From NCBI RefSeq assembly GCF_018977255.1, contig NW_024704743.1, positions 4,714,001-4,778,000 of the forward strand: a stretch of DNA of 64,000 nt. Reading direction: 5' to 3'. The position numbers and the translations under genes were made by a program. The stretch comes from Callorhinchus milii (taxonomy: Eukaryota). Positions 61,401 to 64,000 of the stretch are shown here, piece by piece. How positions within the stretch are numbered: the first letter of the stretch is position 1; every line of letters starts with the position of its first letter. The notes beneath the pieces are model-generated. The model was not told the origin of the DNA. It did no database searches and saw nothing but the letters and a program-made list of their open reading frames with translations.

Positions 61401-63625
61401 CTGCGTATTTGGAGAGCGGGATCCGAACACTGACTCTGACACTTCCATCGTTCACTGACTTGTTCGGGAACCCTTTTTATTTTGGACTCTCCTCCCCTAC
61501 CTCTGCCCAAACCACCACCCCCTCCCTCACCACCACACTCTCCCCCACCGAGACCAGACTATGACCTCTCCCCCCCCCCGCCACCCACACACCCACACAC
61601 ACACCCCTACCCACCTGACATAGCCTCCAAGGCAGATCCCTTCAAAAAAGGCACAGAGAGAGAGAGAGAGAGAGTGGGACCGGGCAAACTAAAATCTAAC
61701 CATACTTTCTCTCGTAGGAAAGTCCGAGTGTGGATGCTGGTCAAGACTTGGATTGAAATTCAGCGTTTTTCTCCTGCTTGGGGAGCGTTAACCCTTTTTT
61801 GCCTTGCAGCTGAAATAGTTCCATTGTGTGTAACATGTAACGGTTTTCTTTTGTACAAACTACTAAGAATTCTTAGTTTGAATTAAATGTAGAAAAACTA
61901 CTGCTGGGAGGTTGAAGACTCTTACACAGGAGCACCCGGCATATATACACAGGCCTTGCCCTCTATTTCCATCAATCAGTTCACTCATAATGTGAGTCCT
62001 TTGATAGACTATTGCTATTTTATTGATGAAAGCCACCTTCTTCCTTCTATCTGAATATTAATCGAGCGTCCAAAGACCTAACTGGATAATCTAAATGTGC
62101 CTTATGTCTTTCGTTTTGAAACAGTGGTGTCCTTTTTTTGTTTAAAAATGAATGTTGCAACTGTTTGCTTGCGTTAAGATGATCCATGGGTTTAAAACAA
62201 CCCTTGATGTTGCTTCAAGTTAGATTCGGCCATTCTCTCTTTATGTTATCCCCAAACAGAAACTATTATCTTAGTTGACCCTCATAGCTGCAGCCGCTTG
62301 AGCACTAACTATTACATCCTAAATTATTAACGCTCTGAGGACTTGGAAAATGTATTCAATAGGAATAGCCGAGCCTCTTAAACCGCTTTGAAATATCATT
62401 TAATTGAGAGGTCTAACCATTTTAAAGTAAACAGCTGTGATTTTCTTTTCCTGAAGACATCCCTAGTTTTACCACATCAGAAGTCTTTATTTCTAAATAT
62501 GAATGGTTTCCAGTGGAACCTACCATCAAATTGTAATTTTATACCACAATGACTATGATCCTAATAATGTGCGGATACTAAAGTTATATTTTTGTTTTGT
62601 TTCCTGTGTGCTTTATATTAATGTCTTGTCTGGATATCGACAAGTTGCAGTCTGCTATTTTATTGACTTCTATTTTTAATTGAAACGTGTAGTTATGTAT
62701 CTCTATCTACCAGATGTAGTTGTGTTAAGTAAAGATTCTTTTGTAAATAGCCTGTTTTGAATGGTGGGGAGAGAGAGAGCGACCTGTGGGGAGTGGGGTC
62801 GGGGTCGGGGGCGAGAGGAGGGATGTTGGGGGTGAGGAGGGGGGAATCAAAACTGCATGTTCTGAATTTGTTTTCTTTTTTAATGGATGGTGTTATTTTA
62901 CGAAGGTGCTTTCAATCCCAAAGGGCTAGATTTTTGCCCCAGTTGCAAATGCCTCTCTCCCCCCCCCCCCCCCCCACCCCCCGAAATGGCCCCCATGTTA
63001 AGGCGATGGATAAGGGACAATGCTATTTCTCCGGTGGGGGTGGGTGGGTTGTGGCTGTGGGTTAATTAAACCAGGAAAATCCATGAACCAGCGTGGGGCA
63101 GGTGGGGGGATGTGGGGTGGGGGTGGGGGGTGCGGTAGAGAAGTCTAGTTCAGTTGGGTGGGTTTAACTGCAATTGAGGTTTAGATTTTATTTCAGTCGA
63201 GGAAAGACTTATGTTTCGGAAAAACGGGCCCCGATTATCTTTTGAAAAATCATTATATTTTCTGGGAATACTGTATATATATATATATACATATATATTA
63301 ATAAAAATCCTAAATTGCCATTTGCATCGCCTCTCCCTAACTGAGAGTGGGGATCGAGAATCTGTCAGCCCAGTTTAATTAAACCGTTGCTGCGTTATTT
63401 AAGCGCTTGGCGTAATCGAGCGCTGTGGCAGCAAGGTGGTGGGGTGGGGGGTAATGAGATGCCGCATACGGAGCCAAACCAGGCCCCACTTTGTGCCTGT
63501 TCTGAGCCCCGTCTTTGCACCTTCGGCCGTTTAAATCTTAAATCGTTCTGTTGCTAAGACGTAGCTTTGGTTGTGAACGTCCCGGATGTTGGAGTTTCTG
63601 CTGAGACACTTTCTTTACCCTCCAG

Positions 63626-63756
63626 ATGTCCCATGCAGCAACCAGTGCCTTGTGCCGATCCATAAAACTACAGTGTGAGCTTTACCCATCTCGAGAAGTG
63701 GCAATCTGCCTGGACCCCTACTGTGGCCTGGGCTTTGTTCTTTGGTGCCTCTGTAG
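63626..63756 (+). CDS. DIP2C: DIP2C exon (~29), 131 nt: MSHAATSALCRSIKLQCELYPSREVAICLDPYCGLGFVLWCLC(S)
   Basis: ctccag|ATGTCC ... CTGTAG|gtgagc. Confidence 0.95.
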
Positions 63757-64000
63757 GTGAGCGAACGCTGCTTTCACTGTGCTTGGTAACCCCTGCCCAT
63801 CAGCTCGTAGATGTCTCAAAGCGCTTCACAGGATTTTTACTCTAAAGTGCAGTGACAACGACAGCATATATACCCAGCGCTCGTCACGCAGGGCAGGGTC
63901 TCAGACAGCGCCTAACCAACGGCGGAGCCCGATGCCAAGCTGGGGGGAAGTGCGGAGGTGACCATAAGTACAGTCGAAGAAGAAGATGATCTGCTGTGTA

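Larger units (their letters stand above)
883..63756 (+). other. DIP2C: DIP2C gene, partial (22 internal coding exons, about human exons 8-29); both ends lie outside the window
   Basis: All 22 exons have AG/GT boundaries and their phases chain into one frame (2725 nt). Peptides such as QMLAVRGEQLGVVTNWPPSLEAALQRWGTISPKAPC, SVMNMMHVISIPYSLMKVNPLSWIQK and IGPASVMVGNLVSGKRIAQASGRDLGQIEDND fit DIP2C better than DIP2A or DIP2B. Confidence 0.96.

Noticed and set aside
61862..61877. Perfect 16-bp palindrome actaagaattcttagt
   Set aside because: About one is expected by chance in 64 kb.

Overview
This window is vertebrate genomic DNA, most likely from a cartilaginous fish (a chimaera/elephant-shark-like genome, inferred from the repeat content). 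It lies entirely inside one + strand gene, DIP2C (disco-interacting protein 2 homolog C). I traced 22 consecutive GT-AG coding exons (883..63756) whose phases chain into one open frame of 2725 nt (about 907 codons). They match human exons ~8-29 as I recall them, and cover the first adenylate-forming (FAAL-like) domain and the start of the second. The start and stop codons lie outside the window. The introns are filled with retroposon copies: a tRNA-Ala(CGC)-headed SINE with a Deu-like body and an L2-type tail, an older Deu-domain SINE, 3' ends of L2 and CR1 LINEs, a Penelope-like hairpin, probable MITEs and microsatellites. I see no prokaryote-type system, CRISPR array or genuine tRNA gene. 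The most interesting signals are the SINE/L2 shared tail and tail swapping, nested and inverted retroposon pairs around exons, a SINE orientation bias, a CpG-rich block after exon 9, and a repeat-poor 4 kb intron segment with a candidate alternative terminal exon. Repeat boundaries are approximate and were read by eye. Family names and human comparisons come from memory, not from searches.
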